Shown: one piece after another, positions 24,165-37,889 of the stretch
Position numbering within the stretch: position 1 is the first letter of the stretch
Layout: every line of letters begins with the position of its first letter
NCBI RefSeq assembly: GCF_004010195.1
Contig: NC_057757.1
Span: forward strand, 834,041 to 896,904
Reading direction: 5' to 3'
DNA from: Chiloscyllium plagiosum
Lineage: Eukaryota
DNA: 62,864 nucleotides
The notes under the pieces: generated by a model
What the model was told of the DNA's origin: nothing
What the model saw: the letters and a program-made list of their open reading frames with translations, nothing else
Databases searched by the model: none
Position numbers and translations under genes: made by a program

Positions 24165-24895
24165 GAGTGGGAATGTTGCTGAACAAAGAGACCTTGGAGT
24201 GCAGGTTCATAGTTCCTTGAAAGTGGAGTTGCAGGTAGATAGGATAGTGAAGAAGGCGTTTGGTATGCTTTCCTTTATTGGTCAGAGTATTGAGTACAGG
24301 AGTTGGGAGGTCATGTTGTGGCTGTACAGGACATTGGTTTGGCCACTGTTGGAATATTGCATGCAATTCTGGTCTCCTTCCGAACAGAAAGATGTTGTGA
24401 AACTTGAAAGGGTTCAGAAAAGATTTACAAGGATGTTGCCAGGGTTGGAGGATTTGAGCTATAGGGAGAGGCTGAACAGACTGGGGCTGTTTTCCCTGGA
24501 GCTTCGGAGGCTGAGGGGTGACCTTATAGAGGCTTATAAAATCATGAGGGGCATGGATAGGATAAATATACAAAGACTTTTCCCTGGGCTGGGACAGTCC
24601 AGAACTAGAGGGCATAGGTTTAGGGTGAGAGGGGCAAGATATGAAAGAGACCTAAAGGGCAACTTTCACACGCAGAGGGTGGTACGTGTATGGAATGAGC
24701 TGCCAGAGGAAGTGGTGGAAGCTGGTACAATTGCAACATTTAAAAGGCATCTGGATGGAGATATGAGTAGGAAGGGTTTGGAGGGATATGGGTCGGGTGC
24801 TGGCAGGTGGGACTAGATTGGGTTGGGATATCTGATCGGCATGGACGGGTTAGACCGAAGGGTCTGTTTCCGTGCTGTACATCTCTATGACTCTA
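24165..24895 (+). mobile_element. CR1 LINE 3' fragment with intact ORF2 C-terminus and tail
   Basis: ORF 24061-24816 CR1 motifs; 3' UTR ends ...CTCTATGACTCTA. Confidence 0.92.
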
Positions 24896-25889
24896 AGTGT
24901 GTTTGGACCCTGACATCAGGAATTCCAGTGAGCGAAGGTGATCTCTCTCTTTGTCACCCGTGCTGAGTTTTTTTACAAGTCAGTACTCACCAGACTTAGA
25001 AAAGAAGAACTCCCTTCTCAAACAAAGACCTAGGTCCAACTGACCGGCTACTAATTTTGAGCATCGTCTCAGGCTTTGCACTGCGATTAGCCAAAAGAAC
25101 TGTGAGACAATCACCTCATTCTGGTTTGAATTTTTGATTCATGGAAATTGTTCCTTTTTGCACATTTCCCACCACTGATACCTCTGCAGAGCTCTGACCT
25201 GATTGTGAATGTGTATGTGTGTGTGCGTGTGTGTGTGATTGGATTGAACAGGGATGTCATTTAAATTTGCATAATTGTAGTTAGCAAGCTGTTTTGCCAC
25301 TTGTTAAAGGATATATTTGTTTATCATGAATAAGTTACTTTGTTTACTCCTGGTGGGAGTCAGGTATTGTCCTTGATACCACGCAAGGTCAGGCAAATGA
25401 ACCATTTCAGTGATTCAATTGTCGCTTATACATTTGTGATACCCATCTTGATGGCCAGCAGACTCTTCCTGTCAAGATTATGGAAGTTATAAAAGCCCAT
25501 CCCAGTTCACTAGGGAGTCCTTTAAAAAGACTGGGTGTCCCTCCCACAGCATTGCTGGCATTTTGGAAGGATTTACAGGTTGGTAAGCGAAGGTTTAGGA
25601 ATTCAATGATGAAACCTTCCATAACCCAGCACATCCTGCAGTGAGGCTGGAGTGGGGAGTTGCCTTCCCGAATGGCCACAGCCCTCTCAAATCCAAAAAG
25701 TTGCAATTAGGGGGGCAGGCGGAAGGGGTCAGTGGACAGGAAACAGCAGGATGACAGAGAATGTCTTGAGGTGTTAGAAGAGGAAAGCCTGCTCCTGATC
25801 ATCACTGGCAGCTGAGCTCACCATTTCCAAGGCACGAAAACTTGGAATAATGTTAGACAAACACAGTTTGACCTCTGGGAATGGCTCAG

Positions 25890-26280
25890 TAAGGGTGGCT
25901 CAGTGGTTAGCACTGCTGCCTTACGGCGGCAGGGACCTGGGTTCGATTCCAGCCTCAGACGACTGTCTGTGTGGAGTTTGCACATTCTCCCAGAGTCTGC
26001 ATGGGTTTCCTCCCACAGTCCGAATATGTGCAGATTATGGTGGATTGGCCGTGCTAAATTGTCCCACAGTGTCCAGGGATGTGCAGATTAGGGTGGGTTG
26101 GCCATGGGAAATTGTCCCATAGTGTCCAGGGATGTGCAGGTTAGGGTGGGTGAACCATGGGAAATGTGGGATCATAGGGATGGAGTAAAGAAGTGGCTCT
26201 GGGCGAGATGCTCTTTAGAGGGTGGGTGCTGGGCCAATGGGCCAAATGGCCTCTTTCCGCACTGTAGAGATTCTACGATT
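25890..26280 (+). mobile_element. V-SINE (HE1-like) with an internal duplication
   Basis: tRNA-like head and V-domain; duplicated ATTGTCCCA.AGTGTCCAGGGATGTGCAG.TTAGGGTGG. Confidence 0.8.
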
Positions 26281-26519
26281 CATTTGCTGGAATTAGAGAT
26301 AGCTCACTTGTCCTTCCTCACCCTGCCATTACAGAGTTATCTAAAGCTTCTACAGCCCCTGATAGAGGGTCAGCACTGACTCACATCAGGTCTGCCACTA
26401 GGAGGTCAGGGGCTTGCTCCCCGCAGATGTAATCAGCTCAGACAGCTTCACCACAAAATTCACGGCTCCTGCTAAAAGGATTACATTCAATATGAACGGG
26501 TATGAAGCCAATCAGGACC

Positions 26520-28280
26520 ACAGGATCAGTACTGAGAGAGTGTTGCACTGTCAGAGGGTCAGTGCTGAGGCAGTGTGACACTGTCAGAGGGTTAGTGCTG
26601 AGGCAGTGTGACACTGTCAGAGGGTCAGTGCTGAGGCAGTGTGACACTGTCAGAGGGTCAGTGCTGAGGGAGTGGGCACTGTCAGAGGGTCAGTGCTGAG
26701 GCAGTGTGACACTGTCGCAGGGTCAGTGCTGAGGCAGTGTGACACTGTCGGAGGGTCAGTGCTGAGGCAGTGTGACACTGTCAGAGGGTCAGTGCTGAGG
26801 GAGTGTTGCACTGTCAGAGGGTCAGTGCTGAGGCAGTGTGATGCTGATGGAGGGTCAGTGCTGAGGGAGTGTGACACTGTCGGAGGATCAGTGCTGAGGG
26901 AGTGTGACACTGTCGGAGGGTCAGTACTGAGAGAGTGCTGCACTGTCAGAGGGTCAGTGCTGAGGCAGTGTGACACTGTCAGAGGGTCAGTGCTGAGGGA
27001 GTGGGCACTGTCAGAGGGTCAGTGCTGAGGGAGTGCTGCACTGTCAGAGGGTCAGTGCTGAGGGAGTGGGCACGGTCAGAAAGTCAGCGCTGAGGGAGCA
27101 CTGCACTGTCGGAGGGTCAGCACTGAGGGAGTGCTGCACTGTCGGAGGGTGAGCGCTGAAGGAGTGCTGCACTGTCGGAGGGTCAGCGCTGAGGGAGTGC
27201 TGCACTGTCGGAGGGTGAGTGCTGAGGGGGTGTGACACTGTCAGAGAGTCAGTGCTGAGGGAGCACCGCACTGTTGGAGGGTCAGTGCTTAGGGAGCGCC
27301 GCACTGTTGGAGTGTCAGTGCTAAGGGAGCGCCGCACTGTTGGAGTGTCAGTGCTAAGGGAGCGTCACATTGTCGAAGGTCAGTGCTGAGGTAGCACCGC
27401 ACTTTCAAAGGATCAGTGCTTAGGGAGTGCTGCACTATTGGAGAGTCAGTGCTGAGGGAGTGTTGCACTGTCGTAGGGTCAGCGCTGAGGGAGTGCCGCA
27501 CTGTTGGAGGGTCAGCGCTGGGAGAGCACGCACTATCGGAGGGTTAGTGCTGAGGGAGTGCTACACTGTCAGTGGGTTAGTGCTGAGGAAGTGGGCACTG
27601 TCGGTGGGTTAGTGCTGAGGAAGTGGGCACTGTCGGAGGGTCAGTGCTGAGGGAGCACCGCACTGTCGGAGAGTCAGTGCTGAGGGAGCGCCGCACAGTT
27701 GGAGGGTCAGTGCTAAGGGAGTGGGAAGTGTCAAAGGGTCAGTGCTGAGGCAGTGGGCACTGTAGGGGATCAGGGCTGAGGGACTGTACACTGTTGGAGA
27801 GTCAGTGGTCATGGAGTGCCGCACTGTCGGAGGGTCAGTGCTGAGGGAGTGGGCACTGTCGGAGAGTCAGTGCTGAGGGAGCGCCGCACTGTCTGAGGAT
27901 CAGTGCTGAGGGAGCGCCGCACTGTCTGAGGATCAGTGTTTAGATGGGCCGCACGGTTGGAGGATCAGTGCTGAGGGAGCGCCGCACTGTTGGAGGGTCA
28001 GCGCTGGGAGAGCGGGCTCTATCGGAGGGTTAATGTTGAGGGATCGTCGCACTGACGGAGGAGGCACTGTCGGAGGGTCAGTGCTGAGGGAGCGGCGCAC
28101 TGTCAGAGGGTCAGTGCTGAGGGAGCGGCGCACTGTCAGAGGGTCAGTGCTGAGGGAGCGGCGCACTGTCTGAGGGTCAGTGCTGAGGGAGTGCCGCACT
28201 GTCGGAGGGTCAGTGCTGAGGGAGCGGCGCACTGTTGGAGAGTCAGCGCTGAGGGACTGTCGCACTGTTGGAGGGTCAAG
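26520..28280. repeat. Large ~31-bp satellite array
   Basis: More than 50 tandem degenerate units. Confidence 0.95.
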
Positions 28281-28584
28281 TGACTGTGAAAGATTCCGTG
28301 GCTGAGAGAACAAAGATGAACTGGAGCGAATTCTCTCCCGGTGACCTGGGACTAATAGTAAACCCTGAACTAACAATCACATTTCTGTCTGTTGCAGCTT
28401 GCTGCATGTGCCAATCCCCACGTTACATCAGTCCCCACATTTGAAATAAGTGCATCAGTGGTCTTGGGACCTGTGGGTTCAAGGAAGCTGGTCAGGAAAT
28501 GCAAAACCTTTGCTGTGAAATACTCATGGACACCATGAGCAGCCACTTGGGTGAAGGTACAGAATCTGATTTGGCCATTTGACA

Positions 28585-28930
28585 GCACAGTGGCTCAGTG
28601 GTTAGCACTGCTGCCCACTGCGCCAGGGACCCGGCTTCGATTCCAGCCTCGGGCGACTGTCTGTGTGGAGTTTGCACGTTCTCCCTGAGTCTGCGTGGGT
28701 TTTCTCTGGGTACTCCAGTTTCCTCCAACATTCCAAAGATGTGCAGGTTAGGGTGGAGTGGCCTTGCTAAGTTGTTGCAGGGTGTTCAGGGATGTGTCAG
28801 TTAGGTACATTAGTTAGGGGTAAACATAGGATAACAGCGTAGCTGAATGGTTCTGGGTGGGTTACTCTCCGGAGGGTCGGTGTGAACTTGTTGGGATAAA
28901 GGGCCTGTTTCCACACTGTAAGGATTCTAT
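28585..28930 (+). mobile_element. V-SINE (HE1-like)
   Basis: Head, V-domain and tail recognisable. Confidence 0.8.
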
Positions 28931-29646
28931 GATCTCACAGTGAGAGAAAGCAACTGCTGGAGAGAGAAAGGGGAAGCCTCCAGTGTCCTGGACCATACAC
29001 ACAGCTCGCTCACTCTCTCTCCCTGGGTGGTAATGCCCTGCCAGATCTGTTCCATCTCGGATTGTTCCGAGCAGTTTAAATGACTCCCTCCCAAAGGCAC
29101 GCTGCGATCTGTATCTTGGGCGGGTGCTAATTTGCAGACACCCCAAGTCTATGCCTCAGTTTCTTCTCTTTTGTTCTCCTCAGAGATTCCTGTTTGCTGC
29201 CAATGTCCCGAGTGATTTATAATCGGCCTCCTGCCCAGATGCCTCCTGAGTGTACACTTAATTGCAGGAAGAGAGAGCTTTTAAACAAGGAGGGGTGCTG
29301 CCCTTCAGAACAACACGTTTTCAAAGCTCCTGGGGACGTGTGTGTGTGTTGGTGCTCAGTGCCTTGATCTGGTTCCCAGCACGAAACAGGATAAATATAG
29401 CCAAGTGTTGACAGTTTGTCAATTGTCTGGGCTCCGCTCTCTTGACAATTTGAGTAACCATCCTGCAGGCCCACCTTAATTTGCGCCTAATTGGGTCTCA
29501 TTTCAGTGGGCAAGGTCAGCGATTAGAAGCGACAGATAAGGCCAGAGAGTGGCCTGGTGCAGGAAGATCTGTCCTTGTTCTCATCACAGTGAACATCACG
29601 TCTCCAAACTGCAGCCAGATATTAGGCTCACTTTGGGTGCCTCGGT

Positions 29647-29656
29647 CTATTTTTAG
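29647..29656. promoter_or_regulatory. Perfect MEF2 consensus site CTATTTTTAG in a repeat-poor block upstream of the osteocrin-like gene
   Basis: Exact match to CTA(A/T)4TAG; function untested. Confidence 0.3.
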
Positions 29657-30019
29657 CTTCCCCACCCGCCCCGCGCCTTCTGCGGAGATAAATAAACAGC
29701 AGTGAACCTTCATCTCGGGCAGGTCAGGCCAATTATCTAATTGGGAGGACGGTCAGCTCTCCCAGGCCATCACAGGAGGGTGATGGCACGGGGATCTCCC
29801 GCAATCATACGGCCAGATCTGACAGCACGCTTACTACGTGCCGCCTCCCAAGACGTTCCCTGGCACGGCGAAGCGTTCTGGTCAAATCGCCACAGATCTG
29901 CCCGCTCGACTTGGCCACGCTATCACCAAGCAAGATGTGAAACTGACAGCCCTTGGCACCATTCGACTGTGTGGCATCAAAGCACCCTAGCAAGAACTGA
30001 AGTGAATGGGTATCAGGGG

Positions 30020-30890
30020 GCAAACTGGTTGGAGTCATACCTGGGATGTAGGAAGATGATCGTGGTGGGTTGGAGGATCAGTCATCTCAGCTCCAGGACA
30101 TCTCTGCAGGAGCTCCTCAGGGTAGTGTCCTAGGCCCAACCCTCTTCAGCTGCTTCATCAATGACCTTCCCTCCACCATTAGGTCCAAAGTGGGGATGTT
30201 CACCAATGATTGCACAATGTCCAGCACCATTACCGAATCCTCAGATACTGACGTGGTCCATGTTCAAATGCAGCACAATATCCAGGCTTGGGCTGACAAG
30301 TGGCAAGTCATATATGCACCAGGCAATACCCATCACCAATATTAGATCATCTAACCACTGCCCCACCACGCGCCCAGCTCACACCCGACATTCAATGGTA
30401 TTATCATCACTGAATCCCCCACTGTCAACATATTCTCGGGGTTACCATTGACCAGAAACTGAACTGGACTCTCCACATGTACACAGTGACTGTTGCCCAC
30501 ACTCCTGTGAAATGCGTTTTCATGGAGAAGTGACAAGGTCCATTCTGAGCAGCTTGACTTTGCAGTCACACTGATATGAACACTGGAGGACCATCATCCC
30601 ATGACATGTCTTTGTAGAGGTCTTTTTCCCTGGGGTCGGGGAGTCCAGAACTAGAGGGCATAGGGACAACTTTTTCAAGCAGAGGATGGTGCGTGTATGG
30701 AATGAGCTGCCAGAGGAAGTGGTGGAGGCTGGTACAATTACAAGAGTTAAGAGGCATCTAGATGGGTATATGAATAGGAAGGGTTTAGAGGGATACGGGC
30801 CAGGAGCAGGAAGGTGGGATTAGTTTGAGATTATGGTCAGCCTGGACCGGTTGGACCGAAGGGTTCGTTTCTGGGCCGTAAGACTCTGTG
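30020..30890 (+). mobile_element. Degenerate CR1-clade RT fragment plus a separate CR1 3' end
   Basis: GAPQGSVLGPTLFSCFINDLP motif; CR1 3' UTR at 30620-30890. Confidence 0.75.
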
Positions 30891-31002
30891 ATAGGCTGAT
30901 GGAGTGGCACGTAGAGAGGGAGAAAGGAGAGATAGCAGCACATTTTTAACTTATCACACAGAATTAACTAACTGACTAACAAATGGTGATCAGTGAGTCT
31001 AA

Positions 31003-31008
31003 TTTATT
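31003..31008 (-). other. Candidate distal polyadenylation signal of PHF23 (other AATAAA at about 31394 and 32974)
   Basis: Minus-strand AATAAA at the far end of a ~2.5-kb repeat-free stretch following the PHF23 stop. Confidence 0.45.
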
Positions 31009-33550
31009 GTACTGAAACGTTTTGTGCCTTATTAATGCCAGAAGCCAATGTACAAGTTAAGCAAATTTGGAATACTCGTGGCACAGTATTGGCTTGGGGA
31101 AGCATGGAGGTTGCAGGGAAAGGTTAAGGTAGATGGCTAGCCAAATCCATTAGGGCTCAGCATTACCAGTCACGTTCACATCACATAGTTGGTTCCTGAA
31201 ACTGAAAATGGAACGGGAGCAACGGGAGGAGGAGGAGGTACAATGCCCCGAGATGTTCGGGGAGGGGGGCATAGAAAGCTGCTACCAGATCCCTGCCACG
31301 GTGCACGCTGTCAGAGATGAAGCAGTGGCTGCCCAGAACTGAAGGTGACAACAGACAGTAACAATACAAACACGCCTTGGTTACCAAATCAGTTTTATTT
31401 TCTTCAAAAAAAAATCAAACATTGTTTGTTCAAATCTGCTTCCCCCGCAGCCCCCACCCCCACTTCTGAATATCTGACACACTTATTTACATTCACTTTT
31501 GCAAAAATAGGTTTCAGTCTAAGTTTGGGCACTAACTCTGGACTCGACACCATTCAGGCCCTGGAAATCCTCAGCTGAATTCAAACTATCGAGACCGGTG
31601 AGGGCATGGGCGGGGAGCACTGAAACCAGGGCAATGTGCCGTGCTGGTGTGGCCCAGGTTCCCACTTGGGTAACACAACTGCGGCAGCTCTCGACAGACA
31701 CACAACCACATGTGGACATCGTCTTCATCCGCAGAACGTGCCCTGTTAGGCTTACAACTGTGCACCACACACTGCCTCATGCTCCAGGAAGTGGTCCAAA
31801 ACTCAATGCTACATTCAGTCATCAAGACAGCAATAAAAAGGCAGGCAGCTTGATAAGACAACCTTCCCCCCACCCCACGCAGACACACACACTCTCTCTC
31901 TCTCTCTCTCACGCCTAGGTAAAGCTGTGACAGTGCAGTCATATAGAAGCCACGGAGTATCTACACTGCTGGGAGTCTCCCCTTGTTCTGCACAGGCAAA
32001 AGGTTTAAATATTTACAAGATGTGCATCACTACAATTTCAATAGTTATTGTTTCAGATTACTTTCCAAAACATCGAGTCCTGAGTATAACATTCAAACTG
32101 ATCTGCTTCATGCCTGTTTGTCGTTCCTGCCCCATTATCTGGCCATCCTTACAGCACAGCTACACATCGGACAGGGACAGTCGATCCCCTCTGACCTTTA
32201 AACTCCTCTTAGCGCACAGCTGAGATGGAGGTGCATTCAACAGAAGTGCTCCACTGGGCTGAACATTTAACAAAGGGATGTTATCGACAAGCTGGCCTGG
32301 TCAGGTGCTCACCGCCCATGATGACCGCATCGGGAGCTGGGGTTAACGTGTGGCAGGAGGGCTGTTTGACCAGAGCTGACCCTTTCCTGAACCCATCCGG
32401 GTGGTTTCGAGCAGGGGGTCAGTGCAGAGCCATTCTGAGCACTGGTCCTCAAACATAGCAAGGCACAGCCTCAGGAGTCAGCCACCCACCTCAATCCTAA
32501 ACATCTGGCCGGGAGGCAGGGGGGGAACTCAGCCGCCAGTGCTCAGTTTTATGATTTAAAACCAAGGAGGGAATTGGTAACACTTTGCAATGCCTGAATG
32601 GCCAAGCAGAGAAATGGCTACATTTCCAAACACCCCTCTCCCCCAACACCTCCCCAGCTAAAAGAAACACCTAACTTCTGACTGGACAGTCTTGCACTTG
32701 GTTCCTGGAGACATTCCGGTGTCTCAGGAAGGAGTCAAACACAAACGTTCCCTGTCACTGTCCTCGGGGAAACCACGGAGCGAGGAAACAAACAGTGCCA
32801 TGGCCTAGGATCGCAGGAGGATCAAGCCCCGAATCTTCAGAGAAGACAGTGAGTGCTGGACCTTGCCGACAGTACCAGCACACCATTCCCCAAGGGTCCT
32901 CTTTAAAACAGGTATTTAAAAAGAAAAGACAAACTGAACAGTGAAGCGAAACGTCCACAAATACAGGAAATGGTTTATTTGAGTCCTGTCATCACATGGT
33001 GGCTGCTGCTGGGGTTTCAGATCTGCCAGGCTCCATGTTCACGTGGCCCTCCACCACAGTTCAGGAGAATACTCTCTCTCGCGCCCCAGCAAGCCACCTC
33101 AATCCCGTCCATCTCCAAACTGGGGTGCTAGGCACCAGCAGACCCACACAGTCTCTCCTCTCAAACATCGAGACAGCTTTACTTCTGGTTTGCGAGTTGC
33201 GGGCGGATCGGAGCTGCTGGGGAGTAAGGGTCATTTCTCCAACCTGTAACCCAGCGAGGGGGGATCTTCCAGACCCCACTCCGCCAGAGGTGGAAGACAG
33301 CAGAGACCGCCTGAGCTGGTTTGAGAGCCACCCTAAAGACACAGTCCCCTTTGGCCAGTACCTCACAATGTGAAGAGTTCCTCACATTATTTACTGATGG
33401 TTTCATTTCCCGCTGCCCCCCTCCCAGCCCTGATCCCCGATACCCAAGGTTTCTTACAATGAGCTTGCAGCTTCCTTCATGTGTGTTCCCATTCCTCGGT
33501 TTTGTTTATATATGCCTCATCCAGGCAAGTCACTGACAGAACCTTTAGCT

Positions 33551-33750
33551 TCAGGGAACTTTTTTCCGGCTTGAGTTTGACTTCTTCCCATCTCGGCATC
33601 TCTCGCAGAAAAAGACGTCAGGGACTTTAGACTTGCGGATTTTAGCACAGGACAGGTGGATCCAGGTGTTGCACTGGTTACACTCAATCATCGGCCTGCC
33701 CGCAAACGGCTTCTGGCAGTAACAGGTCACCAGGCTCCAAGAGTCATCAT
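33551..33750 (-). CDS. PHF23: PHD finger protein 23, exon 5 (PHD finger, stop)
   Basis: [51 protein letters not shown] is a C4HC3 PHD finger typical of PHF23/PHF13; gttgtag acceptor. Confidence 0.93.
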
Positions 33751-35614
33751 CTACAACACCGGCAGAGCCAGAGGGGGGAAAGGAGCGAGGGGGGCAGCGC
33801 AGGAACGAGGTGGGGGGGAGCAAGAGCAGTGAGAGTGAGGGGGAAGGGAGCGAGGGAGGCGACAGANNNNNNNNNNNNNNNNNNNNNNNNNNNNNNNNNN
33901 NNNNNNNNNNNNNNNNNNNNNNNNNNNNNNNNNNNNNNNNNNNNNNNNNNNNNNNNNNNNNNNNNNNNNNNNNNNNNNNNNNNNNNNNNNNNNNNNNNNN
34001 NNNNNNNNNNNNNNNNNNNNNNNNNNNNNNNNNNNNNNNNNNNNNNNNNNNNNNNNNNNNNNNNNNNNNNNNNNNNNNNNNNNNNNNNNNNNNNNNNNNN
34101 NNNNNNNNNNNNNNNNNNNNNNNNNNNNNNNNNNNNNNNNNNNNNNNNNNNNNNNNNNNNNNNNNNNNNNNNNNNNNNNNNNNNNNNNNNNNNNNNNNNN
34201 NNNNNNNNNNNNNNNNNNNNNNNNNNNNNNNNNNNNNNNNNNNNNNNNNNNNNNNNNNNNNNNNNNNNNNNNNNNNNNNNNNNNNNNNNNNNNNNNNNNN
34301 NNNNNNNNNNNNNNNNNNNNNNNNNNNNNNNNNNNNNNNNNNNNNNNNNNNNNNNNNNNNNNNNNNNNNNNNNNNNNNNNNNNNNNNNNNNNNNNNNNNN
34401 NNNNNNNNNNNNNNNNNNNNNNNNNNNNNNNNNNNNNNNNNNNNNNNNNNNNNNNNNNNNNNNNNNNNNNNNNNNNNNNNNNNNNNNNNNNAGAGGGAAG
34501 GAGGGAATGAATTTGAGTGACAGAGAGAGGAGGTAACAGTTAAATGAAGAACAATTCCTTTTCTACCCAAGTACCACCCCATCCCTCCCAACTCAAACAC
34601 AAACTAGAGGATGTCGCTGTTCACCTCCACCTGAAATTTCCTATGACAGTAAACATTGCCTGCGTCCCAGCAGGGTGCAGCTGTGGCCTATAACACAAGA
34701 TACACAGCATGAAAACAGGCCATTCTGCCCCAGCCTAGTCCACCTGAGCCTCCTATTACCTTTCCTCATCTAAACACACTGCCGGAACCCTCGATACCTT
34801 TCGATCTCAATCGCTTGTCTATTATCAATGCTGTTGTGGATGAGTCATGCAGAGGCTCTGGGGACAGAGGTGAGGTGAACCAGATGGATTCACACTACAA
34901 TCAATTACAGTATTATGGTCACTGTTAATGCAGATAGCTCCATATTCCAGAACATAAGCAGTAAATTCAAGCTGGAACCAGCTTCCCTGTGCCTCTGGGT
35001 TACCAGTGCAGCAGCATTAGCACACTGCCACTGCCTCCCCACTCTGACGAAAGAACAAAGCTGCATTTATTTAATGTCTCACACGGTAGGCATGTCCCAG
35101 AACACTCTCCAGCCAAAAGACCCATTTTTCAGACGAGGCCATCCATTTTGCAAACCAGCCCAGTTCCACTAGCAACAAGGAGAAGTGATGTGTTTTTAGC
35201 CGTGGAATAAATACCGTGCAGGAAAGCTTGCAAGTACAGCCGAGTCCATAGACATCCGGCCTCAAAGTTTCATCTCATCCAAATTCAATACCTCAGCACA
35301 GCATTCAATATCAGCCTACATTAACACCCATCCCTGTGTGGCACCTTCCAGTTCGGTACTGGGTCAAATGGACCCAACAAATTCAAACTGACAGTTGTGT
35401 TAAAGAGCTGGACACGTTATGAGCCTACATTAGAGTGGTGCTGGAAAAGCACAGCTTCATTCCCGAAGAAGGGCTTTTGCCCAAAACGTTGATCTTCCTG
35501 CTCCTCGGATGCTGCCTCACCTGCTGCGCTTTTCCAGCACCAGTCTAATGTAGACTCTGATTTCCAGCATCTGCAGTCCTCACTTTTGCCTGCACACATT
35601 CTGACCAAACTAAC

Positions 35615-36191
35615 CTGATTCCACCATGATGTCTTCGTCCATGATGCGTGTCTCGCCTTCACTGGAGCTGCTGCCCCCGTCTCGGCTGTTTCCCACACTG
35701 AGCGAGTCTTTGATTTCCATTTGATAACTCTCACTATAAACACCCTCCGGATCTGGCCTCAGAGGCTCGGGGAGAAAGTTCCCTTTCACCAGCTCTTCGT
35801 CCGAGTCGGTCTCACTCAGCGAGGCCTTGACTTTCTTCTCCGCTCTCTCTTTCTTCAGCTTGCGTTTCTTCCTCCTCTTGATCCGGGAGAAGGTGGACTT
35901 CTCGCCATCCAGGGGCCTCAGCTGCTCCGCCTCAGAGGGCCAGTGCTTGCTCCTCTTCTCCTTCTTTTCCTCCGGGGCTGGGTACAAGGAATCCTTGAGC
36001 TTCAGCCTGTCCAGGAGCACCCCGTCCGGTCTCAGGGGATGGAACCCATTCCTCCTGGAGCTGCTCGCCTTCTTCACAAAATTCTGGATGGTGTCAAAGT
36101 CAACAGACTGGGTGGAGTCCCAGCTGTCACTGTCCAAAACACTCTCTGTCGGCACTGGGGAATTTGAACTTGATGGCGTCCAGTCACACTC
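35615..36191 (-). CDS. PHF23: PHF23 exon 4 (ECDW...DSDSWDS...IQNFVKKA...RIKRRKKRKLKK...SSSEGETRIMDEDIMVES)
   Basis: tctcacag acceptor and G|gttagt donor; 577 nt; PHF23-type motifs (FVKKA, LKDSL, MDEDIMVES). Confidence 0.92.
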
Positions 36192-36384
36192 CTGTGAGAA
36201 TTTGAGGGAGAGAGGAGTCACATTGAGTTTTTTCCCCCTCAGTATTGGCCCTGCACTTCAATGTTAATTAACCTCCGTTCCCTTAGAACCCAAAAGTCCC
36301 AACCTTCCCAGCCTCAAAGACTGAGCTGTATAGAACTCCATGTTTTCCACCCACACTCAGTCAGTGTTGCCTTCCTTTTTAGAA

Positions 36385-37095
36385 TAGAGTCATTAGAGTG
36401 TGGAAGCAGGCTATTCGGGTGCGCTATATCCACACCGACCCTCCAAACAGCAAACTCCCCCCACCCTATCTTTGTAACCCTGTATTTGCCATGGCTAATC
36501 CACCTGAACACCACATCTTTGGATTGTGGGAGGAAACCCACATAGACACAGGAAGTTTGCACAGTATCCCGAGTGGAATCAAACCTGGGTCCCTGATGCT
36601 GAGAGGCAGAGGTGCTAACCACTGAGCCACCCCTTCTTTACCTGCACTCAGTCCCTTATTTTTTGTCTCTCTCTTCACACTGGGGCTGTATTCCCTAGAG
36701 CGTCGGAGGCTGAGGGGTGACCTTATATAGGTTTACAAAATTATGAGGGGCATGGATAGGGTAAATAGGCAAAGTCTTTTCCCTGGGGTTGGGGAGTCCA
36801 GAACTAGAGGGGCATAGGTTTAGGGTGAGAGGGGAAAGATATAAAAGAGACCTACGGGGCAACTTTTTCACGCAGACGGTGGTACATGTATGGAATGAGC
36901 TCCCACAGAAAGTGGTGGAGGCTGGTACAATTGCAACATTTAACAGGCGTCTGGATGGGTATATGCATAGGAAGGGTTTGGAGGGATATGGGCCGGGTGC
37001 TGGCAGGTGGGACTAGATTGGGTTGGGATATCTGGTCGGCATGGACGGGTTGGACTGAAGTGTCTGTTTCCATTCTGTACATCTCTATAACTCTA
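36385..37095. mobile_element. V-SINE (minus, about 36385-36630) followed by a CR1 3' fragment (plus, about 36680-37095)
   Basis: SINE head/V-domain; CR1 RGHRFRVRGERYKRD...WNELP. Confidence 0.8.
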
Positions 37096-37889
37096 TGTAC
37101 CTTCTGACCTTACTCTGAAGCCTAGGACTCCTGCTGTGGCAGAGGTTTACCTGCAGAGGCCATCTCCTACCACTAGATGGAGTTTGGGCACAATGGTGAC
37201 TGCAGTATTTTCATCTGCACCTTAAAATTTATTTTAAAAACTATCACATTTATCACTTTGGGCATTTCAAACAGTGTTCCAGCTGAATGTACAGAAGGTG
37301 GCCATTCTCAGAAACAAAAAAAATCAGAGCAACAGCTGGCCATTCAGCCCTTCCAGCCTGCTCTGTCACTGAGCAGCGAACTCGCACTCTGTCCCCATTT
37401 TCTCCCCCATGCTCTTTGATCCCATTGCCTCTGGACGGCTCTCCTTATTGTCAGGTGCCACTCGAGAAATCACCATAAATCAGGGAATGGAAGGGAACAA
37501 GGAACTTGGAAGATGACAATCACCAGGGAAGCGGCACTGAGCGAGGTGCTGGAGTTGTGTGTTGGTACATCCCTGGACTCTGACAGCCTTTCAATCCAAG
37601 GTCTCAAAACAAGTGGTTAGCAATGGTTTCAATTTTCCAGAATCCCGACATTAAAGGAAGATTCCACTGGAAAAGAGTGACTGTAACTCCTCTAATCAAA
37701 AAGGGAGGGACTCCAAAATCAGGCGGCTGCTTGCTGTAGCTATACAGAGCCACCCCTTGAGTACTGAGTGTAGTTCAGGTCTCCACATCTGAGGAAGGAT
37801 ATTCTTGCTATTGAGGGAGTCCAGTGAAGGCTCATCAGACTGATCCCTGGGATAGCAGGACTGACATATGAGAAACAACTGATCGACTG

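Noticed and set aside
24900..25400. Possible LTR or alternative first exon (donor-like CTG|gtgagt at 24991, minus strand)
   Set aside because: No paired LTR, primer-binding site or promoter support visible
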